This document shows, in pieces, positions 1 to 11,242 of a DNA stretch of 64,000 nucleotides (positions are counted from its first letter, which is position 1; each line of letters opens with the position of its first letter). The notes beneath the pieces are model-generated. The model was given only the letters and a program-made list of their open reading frames with translations, was not told where the DNA came from and made no database searches. The DNA comes from Sphaerodactylus townsendi. Lineage: Eukaryota. The stretch lies in assembly GCF_021028975.2 (NCBI RefSeq), contig NC_059430.1, positions 72,540,001 through 72,604,000 on the forward strand. Direction: 5' to 3'. Position numbers and translations under genes: made by a program.

Positions 1-230
1 ATTTATATCCCCCCTTTCTCTCCTGTAGGCGACTCAAAGGGGCTTACAACAGTGGTGGCGAACCTTTGGCACTCCAGATGTTATGGACTACAATTCCCAT
101 CAGCCCCTGCCAGCATGGCCAATTGGCCATGCTGGCAGGGAACTGATCCTGCTGTTCACTCTCCTGAGCTAATCTCCTTGCCCTTCCCCCCTCACAACAA
201 ACACCCTGTGAGGTAGGTGGGTATCTATCC
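1..230 (-). mobile_element. 3' part of a tRNA-type SINE interrupted by a truncated hAT MITE (about 50-145)
   Basis: Reverse complement matches the SINE tails at 39580-39670 and 59550-59590; the insert starts CAGTGGTGGCGAACC and shares the palindromic core of 7366-7513. Confidence 0.65.
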
Positions 231-1164
231 ATTCTTATTGGACCCTTAGCCCCGAAGTTTCTGTTGCATTGGGTGTGAAAACTATTTCAAATGATTTCCA
301 GCCCAATAATTCTACCGGAAAAGATTATAAATTACTGTCTATGGGAATCTTCTCAAAACCATATTACATGGATTAGTTAACATCTTTCATTTTGTCATGT
401 TTAGAGTGGGAGAAGATGGGATGTTTCTCACTTTTAACTAATATTTATAGTGGCAATATTTATATGGGGCTCCACAGCAGCAAATTGAGCCCTCCTTCAA
501 GAAATTAGACAAACAGGCTGCAGTAAATGCATTGTACACAACTCAAATAAAACATGGGTGTTGGGGCCTAAGCACCACTCCCTCTCCTAGTACCTTATCT
601 CCAGAGACCTGTGTCTACTGTCATTCAGAGACCAGAATGATGCTTTTTACTCACACCTAAGTTGCTTTGGGAAGCCTTTTTATTTCTATTTTAACCCCGC
701 CGTTTCTAAGTCTGAACTGTGACATTTCACAACAGTGCTGAGCCCGGCTTCCCGTAGGACGCAAGGCTTAATAGGCAGGGCTCTTTGAAGGCTGCTGGAA
801 ATCACAGCGGATGAAAACGAGATTCATTGGCAAGAGACGCGGGGAGGCTCTTTCAAAGTAGTGGCAACTGCGGACGAGGCTCGAAGAAGAGGAGGGCAGG
901 CGGAGGAGAAAAGCGCAGCTCCCTTCGGGCAAGGGAAAGTCTCTCCGAGGCCTGCCCGGGTTGGAGGGCGAGCGCGGAAGAGGCGCCGCTGGAGAGCCCC
1001 CTGAGGCGAGGCACCGGATCGGCCGCCGAAGCCCGGGGAGCGAGAGGTTCCTTGGAGAGCCTGCCATTCCCCGTGAGGTGGAGTGCGGAGCGGGCAGCCG
1101 AGGGCAGGCTTATGAAGCAGGGCAAATTAGCAGAGGCGGGGAGAGGTGTCCAGGAGGGAGGCGG

Positions 1165-1172
1165 TGACATCA
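1165..1172 (+). promoter_or_regulatory. Variant CRE (TGACATCA)
   Basis: Same octamer as the cAMP-responsive element of the human CFTR proximal promoter, here 152 nt upstream of the ATG. Confidence 0.6.
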
Positions 1173-1316
1173 GAGCGCAGAAGGTACAAACAGCGCGGAC
1201 TTCACTTAGGGCAAGCAGAGTTGAAGCGCTGGCGCGGTTGGGCGAGCCCCGTTGGTTTTCTTTCTCCCCACCTGCCCCCTCTGCCTCTGCGCGCAGCGAC
1301 CCGAGCCGTGGGAACC

Positions 1317-1369
1317 ATGCAAAGGTCTCCTCTGGAGAAAGCGAACGTCTTCTCCAAACTTTTCTTCAG
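1317..1369 (+). CDS. CFTR: CFTR exon 1 coding part (MQRSPLEKANVFSKLFF-R)
   Basis: ggaaccATG Kozak context; 53 nt as in human; donor ag|gtaagt. Confidence 0.98.
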
Positions 1370-2754
1370 GTAAGTGGCTGCCGCCTGAGCGGGCACGTGC
1401 CGCCAGTCGGGTGGGCGACGGGGCGGGGAGGAAAGGGATGTAGCTGCTGAAGTTCGGGCGGGAACCCGGGGCGCAGCGTTTGGACAGCGCGTGCTCAGAA
1501 GCTACCGGTGCTCCTGGCTTTTTGGACTTGTCCAGCGCGCCCCAGGCCAGTCGCTGTGCCTCCGGGGAATGAACTCGTTGGGTTCCCCCCGTGAAAACTC
1601 AGAGAAGCCGGCAGGCAGGAGCGCTTCCTCGCGTGTCTCTGCTTAGCAGGCAGGGAACCTCTGCGAGCATTTTCTCTTGGCCGGAGCCTCTGAGATGCCA
1701 GTGATGAGCCCTGACAACCGCTGGCCAAGGGAGAGGGCGATGGAGCCTTGTCCGAAGAGGAGAACCGTTTTCTCCCCCACCTCCACCCTCCACGCCCTTT
1801 CCGAGCACTTCTCAGAAAAGAGCTCCAGCCCGCCTCAGGCGCGAGGCTCGTAAATTTCGACCAGAAGCCAGATAGACGAATTTATATCAGATCGTCGACT
1901 GCGTAACCTTTGACAGACAGATTGCTTTTCGCTCCTGGGTGAGATCTGTTTGTTGCGCATTCCAGGACATGCTGGGTTTTCGATAGGTCTGGGAACAAAT
2001 CAATGGCGGGGGCGGGGGTGGGGATATACTGCGACGATTATCCCCTTCTTTTCCTATCGCTGAGCACTGCAAATACCCCAGACTCTCCGGTGCAAGTTTC
2101 CGAAACATATACGACCCACGGTGCACGGTTTACACGAAAGTAAGTACGACTGAGTTCAGTAAATGGGCAAGCTCAAGTTTGCAAGATCAAACTAATACAG
2201 TCGCGCGCCACCACCCTTACGCTTGTGGCTTTATTGTATTGTGTTGGTGGTTGGGGAAACCCCACAGGAGCTGACTCAAGCTACACTTCAGGGCCAAAGT
2301 AGATGTTGCAATAGAAGATCTGATCAGTTTGTGTGTGCGTGCAATTAAAGCCAACAGCAGCTATGGGGTATCCTGCTGGTATGGGATTATTGCCCCATCC
2401 CAGTTACCCCTACAGGAGAATATAGACAAAGAGGATACAAAGGCAGGCGGTGAATCTCAGAAAGATGCTGCTTAATCGAGTCTCTGAGTCACCTTTGGTT
2501 AAGAACTGCACAATGCTGGGAACACTGGTAGGAAAAAGCTACCTCCTGCTGTCCTGTTCATGTTGGACTGCTGCAAATGCTGGCCTATCTGTGGTATCCT
2601 AGGCTGAATGGTGCCAACCCTATGGCAGGATAATGGCAAGGTACAGCATGTTACTAGAGTGTACATTTATACGATAACATCTCGACTAACTAAAAACAAC
2701 TACCATCCTTAGTTCCGTACTCACACAATTACAGAATCCTTACTCCAGACATGG

Positions 2755-3114
2755 TGACTAAGCCCTATGAGGGAAGGCTGAGAGACTTGGGAATGTTCTG
2801 CCTGGAGAAGAGGCTGTTTGAAGATGGACATGACTGCTCTCTAAGTATTTGATAGGTTGTCACTTGGAGGAGGGCAGGGAGCTATTCCTGTTGGCAAAAG
2901 AGGATAGGATTTGCAACAATGGGTATAAATTATAGGCAAAAAAGTAGTGGCTGGATATTAGGAAAATTTTGTTTACTGTAAGAGTAGTTCAATGGTGGAA
3001 TTGGCTGAGCTCCCCCTCACTGGCATTCAAGCACCTGCTGGACAAACACTTGCTTTAGGCTGATTCTGTGTTGGGCAGAGGGTCAGAGGGCCTCCCCCCC
3101 CCCCAATGATTCTA
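2755..3114 (+). mobile_element. Degenerate CR1 LINE 3' fragment
   Basis: YEGRLRDLGMFCLEKR-like CR1 ORF2 C-terminus and a tgattcta tail. Confidence 0.75.
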
Positions 3115-4817
3115 CTTAAACATGTATTGAAAGAAAAGGGAAAATATATTTAATGAACTACCACACTTGCAGAGTTGCAGTTTGTTATAGGGTAAACATT
3201 CTGAATTGAAATGGCACCCTCTTTTTTGCCAGGAGGTCTAGATATGTTTGCCAGGAATACTTGGTGAAAGACTGCAAAACCAAGAGGACAAAAAGAAAAA
3301 ATATCAGGTTTTTAATCTAAGAATGTGGCTGCTTATGTGGACATATAAGTTTAGGTATGTTTAGAGTTAGTAGGAAGAAGAACACGAGGATTCTGTATCT
3401 CCTGTGACCCTTGATATTCTAAGGGAAACTCTGTGCAAGGATTCTGCTCCTCTCAATTGTCACAGAAGTTCATACTTTTGCAGTATAATTCTCAGGAGAG
3501 TTCCAGGCTAAGCCCAGTGATTTCACAAACTTAAACATGAGTAACTCTGTTTAGGATAGCACTGTCAATTACTTATCACAGCTCTAGAAACTTTTTTCCT
3601 TTCACCCTCAGAGCTGAAATGCAGTCCAACAAATGGCATTTATTTTAAAACATACACCTGCTAAATCCTAAAATAGAGAAGGCATGTGGAGTGAATTTTA
3701 ACTTTATGAAACATCACCTTTAAGTCCGGTATCCTACACGTGATGCTTCTTACACAAGAAAATCCACTCTTGAAGGTTAGAAAAAGATCGATTGCAGGTG
3801 ACAGCTTCTGGTTCTTAACTTCTGAATTTTTTTGTTATTATAACAGGTGATATTAATAAATGTTATGAAATAAACATTCACACTTCTCTTGTTATCGCCA
3901 CCATAAATGCAGAGGCATTTTCACTGGAAATGGAGAATTCACATGGAAGTTTTGTGTGCTCTTTCCTGCATTATTTTCCCAGGATTCTTCTACCATCATT
4001 CCACTGGGGGAGGGGGGGGGCTCATCTGGCTTTTTAAAAAATGGCAATTGCCATGTTCAACTAGTTCCTCTGAATCGCCAGCTTTCATTAAAACAAACAC
4101 TTCAACCCTTGTGGCAGAAATACAAAGGAAGAAGTGTATTGACCAAATGAAGAAGGCTGGAGACTTTTTACAAATGGAAAATTGAGAATTCTAAAACTAA
4201 TAGATTGTGGCGGTAGATGATGATAGTGTAGCTATCATTTTAAAAGGGCACTCTGATGGCTCAGAGGAAACTGGCAACTGCAGGGAACTGAAGCAAGGGG
4301 AAAGGTGCTTTTGACATTCGTGTCTGAAGAAATTTTGTCAAATGGGATAGATTGGGGCAAAATAGTGGAAACCCCAAAATTGGATAATTAGGGTGCTGAG
4401 TGGAGAAAAGGGCATATAAGTATTCTAAATATGCTCCAAAAACACTGCTCTGGATTGGATGCCAAACTGTAATAAAATCTCTATGTAGAAGTAGTCCTCA
4501 GCAACTATGACATCAGTTTTGGTTTCAGGTAATAAAACATTGGCTCCAAGTATTTTGTAGTCATCACTGAGTCAAACTTTTATTCATTAAGAGTGGACAA
4601 GACAGCATTCCTATTCAGTTTTCAGCCTTTCTTATTTATATTAAACAAGTTTTCAGTCCAGCACAGGTGGGCTGTATTTCTGGCTGGATAAAACCAGTCT
4701 GATGAATGAAAAAACAGGTCAGTGGGAAGTTCAAGAGAGAACAAATGTGTTAGCTGGACCATCGCTTTCTACATATTAATAATTAATTGTTGTCAAGTTG
4801 CAACAAACTCATTTTTT

Positions 4818-5145
4818 TGTGCTGTCTAGTCACAGCTGACTTATGGTGACCCCAGAGGGTTTCCAAACAAGAGACTTTCGGAGATGGTTTGCTATAGCCT
4901 GCCTCCTTTGGAGGTCTAAATCCAAATACTAACCAAGGTTGACCCTTCTTAGCTTCTGAGATCTGACAAGATCAGAGTAGCCTGGGACTAATGGGGTCAG
5001 GGCTGATCCCTGATTGGGGTTTAAAAGCAAGAGATGAGCAGAAGTGATTTGCCATTGCTTTCTTCTGCATATCAACCCAAATCCAGGTAGTCTCCCATCT
5101 GAATACTAACCATGGCTGATATGATTAGCATCTGAGCTCTAATGA
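4818..5145 (-). mobile_element. Two adjacent 5S rRNA-derived SINEs
   Basis: Reverse complement gatcttgtcagatctcagaagctaagaagggtcaaccttggttagtatttgga resembles the 5S internal control region; followed by an RTE/Sauria-like tail. Confidence 0.7.
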
Positions 5146-5980
5146 GTCTTTAATCATTCTCAAATACCCTTGGTGGATGCAAAATTGCAAGTGACATCTT
5201 CCCATTCCCTTTATTTATTATACATCTTATTTCCACTCAGAAAATATCTTCTAAACAGCTCGCAAAAAGTATAATAAAATAACAACATTGCAACAGACCA
5301 TCATAAAAATAACAGAGTGTGACCCAAAGGATGGGTAGGGTACAAGAGCACTGAATAAAACACACTAATAGTGTCATCTAGGATGAGCACAGATTTTTGT
5401 AGCAAATTTTGGTTTCAGGGGTTTTTTTAACCCAGAAATTTTCAGTAAAGCTGAATATCCATCAGCTTCGTTTGGCTATTATTGAAAATTTTCGGAATAA
5501 AAAACTTAAACCAGACACTTTTCAGCCCCCCCCCCCCTTGCTGTTTTCTAACAGGGGCTTGGGAAATGGTGGAGAGGGATGGGGGAGAACTGCCTGGAAG
5601 ACTTGGGAAGCACCAAGCGAAGGGAGAGAACATGGAGGTTCCTCTCTGCCCCTTCGCTTGTGCTTGTCTTTTTTTCAACCCCAGGTATATTCAGCTTTTT
5701 CAAGATGCAGCATGAAAAAAGCCAATATGGCTTTTAGGAGGGACTTTTCTGTGATTCAAGGTTTACCCAGATTATCCAGCCCTACTGCCATTTCAACCAG
5801 AGTTACACTCCTTTAATGACATCAGTGGTCTTAGAAGAGTGTAACTCTGCTTACACTGTAAGCACCATGAAAGCTCTAAAACCAAATCAAGTATTAAAAA
5901 AATTGAGAGAATAAAAATGCTCTAATATGTTGCTTGAAGGAAAACAGACTTGATGTCTCTGAGGAGATTATTTCATGACT

Positions 5981-6117
5981 GGGGCCCTTTCTGCACATGC
6001 GGAACAATGCACTTTCAATCCACTTTGAAGCTGGATTATACTGTGAGGAATAGCAAAACCCACACTCCAACAATTGTGAAACTGGATTGAATGTTCATTA
6101 TTCTGCATGTGTGGAAG
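5981..6117. mobile_element. Short Harbinger-like palindromic MITE, degenerate
   Basis: Same family as 19945-20084 (aatgcactttcaatccact ... tggattgaa). Confidence 0.6.
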
Positions 6118-7365
6118 TCAGAGACACCTAAAACTGCACTCAAAATGCAAGGGCATCCAAAGCAGGGCCTCAGAAGTTTTTAGAGACTAGACAAGTTCAT
6201 GTGGAAGCAGATAAGTTGCAGTGACTGTGATCAATAGGAAACTATTTGGATAGTCTGTTCTTTACTATAAGGTTATGTGGCAAATGTAGTAGATTTATGA
6301 TATGGTCCCATGACCCTCAACAATCCTACTGAGTTAGATTTATAAACTTGTCTAATAGTGAGAAGCCTCAGTTGATGTCATTTTGTTATGTGTTGTCCTG
6401 ATACTAGTTGGTTTTGATGTAGGTTGTCAGAACTGGCATTGGGGTAACAAAACTAGCTACACTGCTGCTAACTAGAGTTCAATGCAATTTTGCAATTGCT
6501 TCAGTCATAGAATAGATGGGGTGAGGTAGATATTTACCCTTGTGGCTGCTAGGAAGGTTCTTACTTAGCAAAGAATCCTCTTTAGTAGTTGTTGTACAAG
6601 GCTGTTCCAGAGCTATTCCCCTGCAGAAGTTAGAGGAAAGGGGTGGGGTTTGCTGTAGCCTGTGGAAAGGGACAACCAGCAAGCTTGACAGAGCTGCCCT
6701 TAGTATGCAGGGTTGGAGGTAGATTTAGGAAGCATATCTAATAGTCAGAGGAGAGGGGCAATATGGACTGGGATACGCTTATGGCATGTTGGGTCCATGT
6801 GGCTTCCTAGAAAGGATAATTGTTGCCAGGAGGTTCACAGGATCCTTGGCCCTTCATCAAGACAGCTGGGCCAAGTGGTCCTGTACTCCAGTTAACACTG
6901 CAGGCTCCCTCCGCCAGAGCCCACACAATATTCCAAACTACCAAGAGGCCTCTGTTCTTTAGCATGGCAACCTTGTGCTGCTTCCAGTATTTGCTCCCCT
7001 CCGTTGCCCACACACGGCAAGTGAGCCATCTCACCTTATCCTGTCTGCTAGCATGACAGCTTTATGACTGGAGAAGCTGCAATATGTGCATATTTGTGTT
7101 GCCATAGCTTTGCAAACAGCCCCCTCAAAACAAAAGGAAAAAAAGGAAAAACAACCCCTCATGGGATTTCTAGGCTAAATAAACTTTATTCATCTTCTTT
7201 TGACAATGAAATAGCAAACAGATGATCTGCAAGCTGAGGAAACCTTCACAGAGATTCCCTGAAGCACACCAAATGGCAGGTGCCACTGTGAAATTGACAA
7301 GAGTTCTGTGCAGCAGGCAGGAAAAAAAGATCCGCCTAGGGCCTGGGGCCTTCATGAATCTAGGA

Positions 7366-7513
7366 CAGGAGTAGGGAACCTGCGGCTCTCCAGATGTTCA
7401 GGAACTACAATTCCCATCAGCCCCTACCAGCATGGCCAATTGGCCATGCTGACAGAGGCTGATGGGAATTGTAGTTCCTGAACATCTGGAGAGCCGCAGG
7501 TTCCCTTCCCCTG
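7366..7513. mobile_element. Fully palindromic hAT MITE, 148 bp
   Basis: Near-perfect hairpin centred on catggccaattggccatg; perfect 8-bp TSD atctagga. Confidence 0.93.
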
Positions 7514-10500
7514 ATCTAGGACAAGGCTCCCTTGAAAGATATGATTATCCTTGATCCATAGGTCTCATGACTAGAGGGGAAAAACATAACAAATCTCCCC
7601 TGAGTAATAAAATACTTGGCAAGGAAATATTTTCATGGCCCAGTTGATGGTCCAGGGCTCAGAGTCAGGATGGTCTTGCCTGTAAAGTCTGTGATGTATG
7701 TACAGAGGAAACCTCACTCTTTTGCATCCCACCATTGCTCGCATTGTGACCTGATATAAAGGAGCTGGGACATTGGCACTGAAGATCTCATTATTGATGT
7801 AAAATTAAATAAAGTTTGCCCTTTTATTATCTCAACTCATAGTTTCAACTCTACTTTTTTCCACATCTTCCAGCAAACTACCATTTGCTCTACCACAGAA
7901 TAATGGTTAATATATCAGTCTTCCTTTTAAAGAAAAAAGCATATTAAAAGAGCTATTTTCTTCTAGAAATGACAGTGGTTATCATTTCTTCAGTGAAAAA
8001 AAATCTTGTCTTGTGCAGTCTCTTACAGAGAATTAGATTTGTATAGTGTCATAGTATATATAATATTCTGAATGACATCCACCGACTGCTTGAAATAATT
8101 GTGCCAAAATGTATAGGTAAGATAGTAATCAGAATATTTCTAATGATAAACATTTCATCACCATCAGGCTTCTCAACTAGCCAATGACAGAGGTATACTT
8201 TTGCTTGCAGGTATATGGACAGAATTCTTTGCATGCATGGTTTTCACTAAAGCCAACAGAATGTTTCTTATAGTCAGATAAGTCAGCAATATATTTCAAT
8301 TTTTAAATAGTTTAAACTAATGAGGTTGGATCCATCCAGCTTTTTCATGAAACCTCACTTAATTCCCTTGCATACAACAGCCCCCATCCCACATGGCTAT
8401 TATCCATGCAAGACCCTTGACTTGCAACATAACCTTTTTGGTGGCCAGAGGGCGCCCTCTCTTCTCTTGGTTGGATCCAACCCATGCTGGTAGTCATCCA
8501 AGCATACAAAACTGGTTTGTGTAGCTTATTCCACTTTGTCAGTGGCTTTCTAAGGTCTGAAGCAGAAATCCATCCCTGTCTTGCTAACTGAGATCTGTGA
8601 TCTGTAAATGCCAGTGGTTTGGGAACATGCGCTGTTCTTCTGAGTTACCACTGAACTATGCTAGAAAATGGTCAAGAAAGCTGAGCAGGAAAGTTTATTA
8701 CACATGATAATAATTTAATTTTCAATCTAAAATATATTGATAGATTATATGCTGTCTAAATTATTTGATAGGCAGAAATAAACGTGAATCTGCAAGAGTT
8801 AATATTTTACCTAGAATACAATTCAGTCAAATGGGAAATACCAAGTAAACAATATGAAACACCAGCTAATGAAAGTTTCACAGTAGAATCCTAACCAGAG
8901 TTACACCCTCCCTATCCATCAAATCAGTGGGTTTATAAAATTGTAAGTCTGCTTAAGATTGTACTGCACTGAGCTCCCACCCTTTGGTAAAGTGTTATGG
9001 AGTTCAAATGAAGCAAAACATATTTAATATTGTGTGGTCAACATTTTTTCTGACTAGGGGGATCTCTTCACATATACATTTTTCATTGCTACAGGTTTGG
9101 TTCCTTATGGCTGAGGAAAAGTCAGTATTCTTCTGGAAGAAAGTATATCTTGCGATATATTTAGATGACATTAATAATTAAAAATCAGTCAATATTGTTA
9201 CATTTGGAAAGGAGGAGAAAGAAATCACAAATGTTATCCAGCTGTTCTGTTGAATAATTCTCATTAAGGTTAGTTGTTAAGCTCCCGTGGTTTCAAGTGG
9301 AACATTGATTATTCCTTCATAAAGGGCATGAGTTATAGCTAAAGGTTTTCATTCTCAAATAGCACTTGAAAGGAAGCACAGACATATATTAAGTAATAAA
9401 GAGAGAATGGAAAAATGCTATCTGTATTTGCTTTTACCTCAGCAGCCTGCAACCAATTTATTGCACAAATGGTTTGCCTGAACTCAGTTCTGCTTAAGCA
9501 GTGTAAAAATCAGAATCAGTAACCACTGCATTAGTTTTGAGAATCTCAAGGAATTAAAGTTGCAGTGAAGACAGTGGCAGCTAGGACTCAGAATGATACC
9601 TTCTGCTTAGTTTAACAGAACTAGTCTGGTAGAAAGGTTTCCTTTCAAATTACCATCTAGCTGGAATGCAATGTCATCTTGTTCAACCCATCACTTTCAT
9701 AGAGCATCCACCAATCTAGACCACAGTGTCACAAGAAGAGAGATAGTGGTGCTCACAGTGTTAATGGATGACTCTTTTCACTTGACTTATGGCAAGGGAT
9801 TATAGTACAGTCAAAATATGGTTTAACATCACAAGGCAAATCAGTGACTTTTACAGAAATGAAGGAGATGATGCAGAGAGTACCAAGGCAGAAAGATCAA
9901 TAGCTACACAATAGCTTCACCTATCAACTCTTGAATCAGCATGTGCTTTTCTATTGTACCATAACAACTGTCCTGCTCAAACATATAGATCTTGGTATGG
10001 TTGCCATTGCAAAACTGCTTTGATATAGAGTCTTGCAATAGTCAATGCTATCCATAATCAGTTTCTTGTATGACCAGATCAAGTTTTAAGTACCCAAGCA
10101 AATGTAATTCTAGAGCTTGTGGTATCCAAAAGGACACTTCTGTTACATTTGGTCAGCTGACATGTGGCTTCAGCACTGAGCCCTCACCATTAAGTGCCAA
10201 AGAGAAAGTGGTTTACATGGGTCACCATGTCACACTTGTAATGTTTACTCAAAAGGGGGCAGGAAATATGTAACTTATACAAACTGGCAAAAGCATGTTT
10301 TGGGTTGAAGTGAATCACAGTATCTTTCAGAAGAGTGGCATTGGACCTTGCTAGTATCTCTGGCGATCTTAAGGACAAACCTCCTTGTGTCCCTGGGGAT
10401 CTGATCATAGGCCTGTAGATAATAAAGTTTAGTTGTAAAAGGCAATCACACAGAGATAGATTAGGGCAATAATACAGAGTTTGTTTACAACTCTTCCCTT

Positions 10501-10749
10501 CCCACACTATTTTTTTTCTGATCAGGAATGGGCCCACATGCTGGTCTAAGAGTTACCATGACAAAAAGATATCCCCTCTCACTGGGCCAGTTGATTTGCT
10601 TTTTTTTAAAAAAAACTGTTCCCATTCCACATCAGAAATGGAACCAGTTGGTCATTTTATATTGGGAAAATAGCTTGTGTCCCCTCCCTTCATGTAAATT
10701 GGATATGTACATGCTTGGGTATTAAGTTTCAAGCACTGAATTCCTAGAG

Positions 10750-11242
10750 CAGTGATGGCGAACGTATGGCACGGGTGCCAGAGGTGGCACTCGGAGCCCT
10801 CTCTGTGGGCACACGCACACAGAGTTTGTCATGTGGGGGGCAGAAAATCACACACACCCCCACACACACACGCACACACATCCATCTCGGCTGGCCTGGG
10901 CCACTGAGCACGACATGCGCACACCGCAGTGAGCAGGGAGGACTCGGCTGGCGGGCCTGGTGCCTGTGCTCTGGTTGACTGCTGCCCGGGGGGGTGGGGT
11001 GGGGTGCAGAGGAGGCAGAAATGCTAGAGAGGTACAGAGCTGTGCGCAAGGGACTGGCTAGAGGCTAGAGCAGGCTGGCCCCTGCTTGAGTGGGTGGGGC
11101 AGAGGAAGAGGGAGCCAACCGTTTTTTTCTAAACCAAAACCTCAGCATTCAGGCTAAATTGCCGGGTTGGCACTTTGCGATAAATAAGTGGGGTTTGGGT
11201 TGCAATTTGGGTACTCGGTCTCAAAAAGGTTCGCCATCACTG
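10750..11242. mobile_element. Non-autonomous hAT element, 493 bp
   Basis: TIR CAGTGATGGCGAAC / GTTCGCCATCACTG; perfect 8-bp TSD tcctagag. Confidence 0.93.

Larger units (their letters stand above)
740..2210. promoter_or_regulatory. CpG island / GC-rich promoter spanning CFTR exon 1 and the start of intron 1
   Basis: Sharp rise in GC and CpG density versus AT-rich flanks, centred on the first coding exon; no obvious TATA box; boundaries approximate. Confidence 0.8.

Noticed and set aside
768-1450. Overlapping 60-207 aa ORFs across the promoter as separate genes
   Set aside because: Expected in stop-poor GC-rich sequence; mostly non-ATG starts; no recognisable domain. Only the uORF aspect was kept.
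4900-4995. 5S rRNA gene
   Set aside because: Partial and diverged, fused to a SINE tail and present in several dispersed copies; this is a SINE head, not an rRNA gene
7690-7897. Possible old solo LTR (TG start, gatataaag, aataaa, CA end)
   Set aside because: No matching TSD and boundaries are arbitrary
7900-8815. HNF1-like GTTAAT motifs as the orthologue of the human intron 1 enhancer
   Set aside because: Half-sites are common in AT-rich DNA and cannot be supported without alignment or chromatin data
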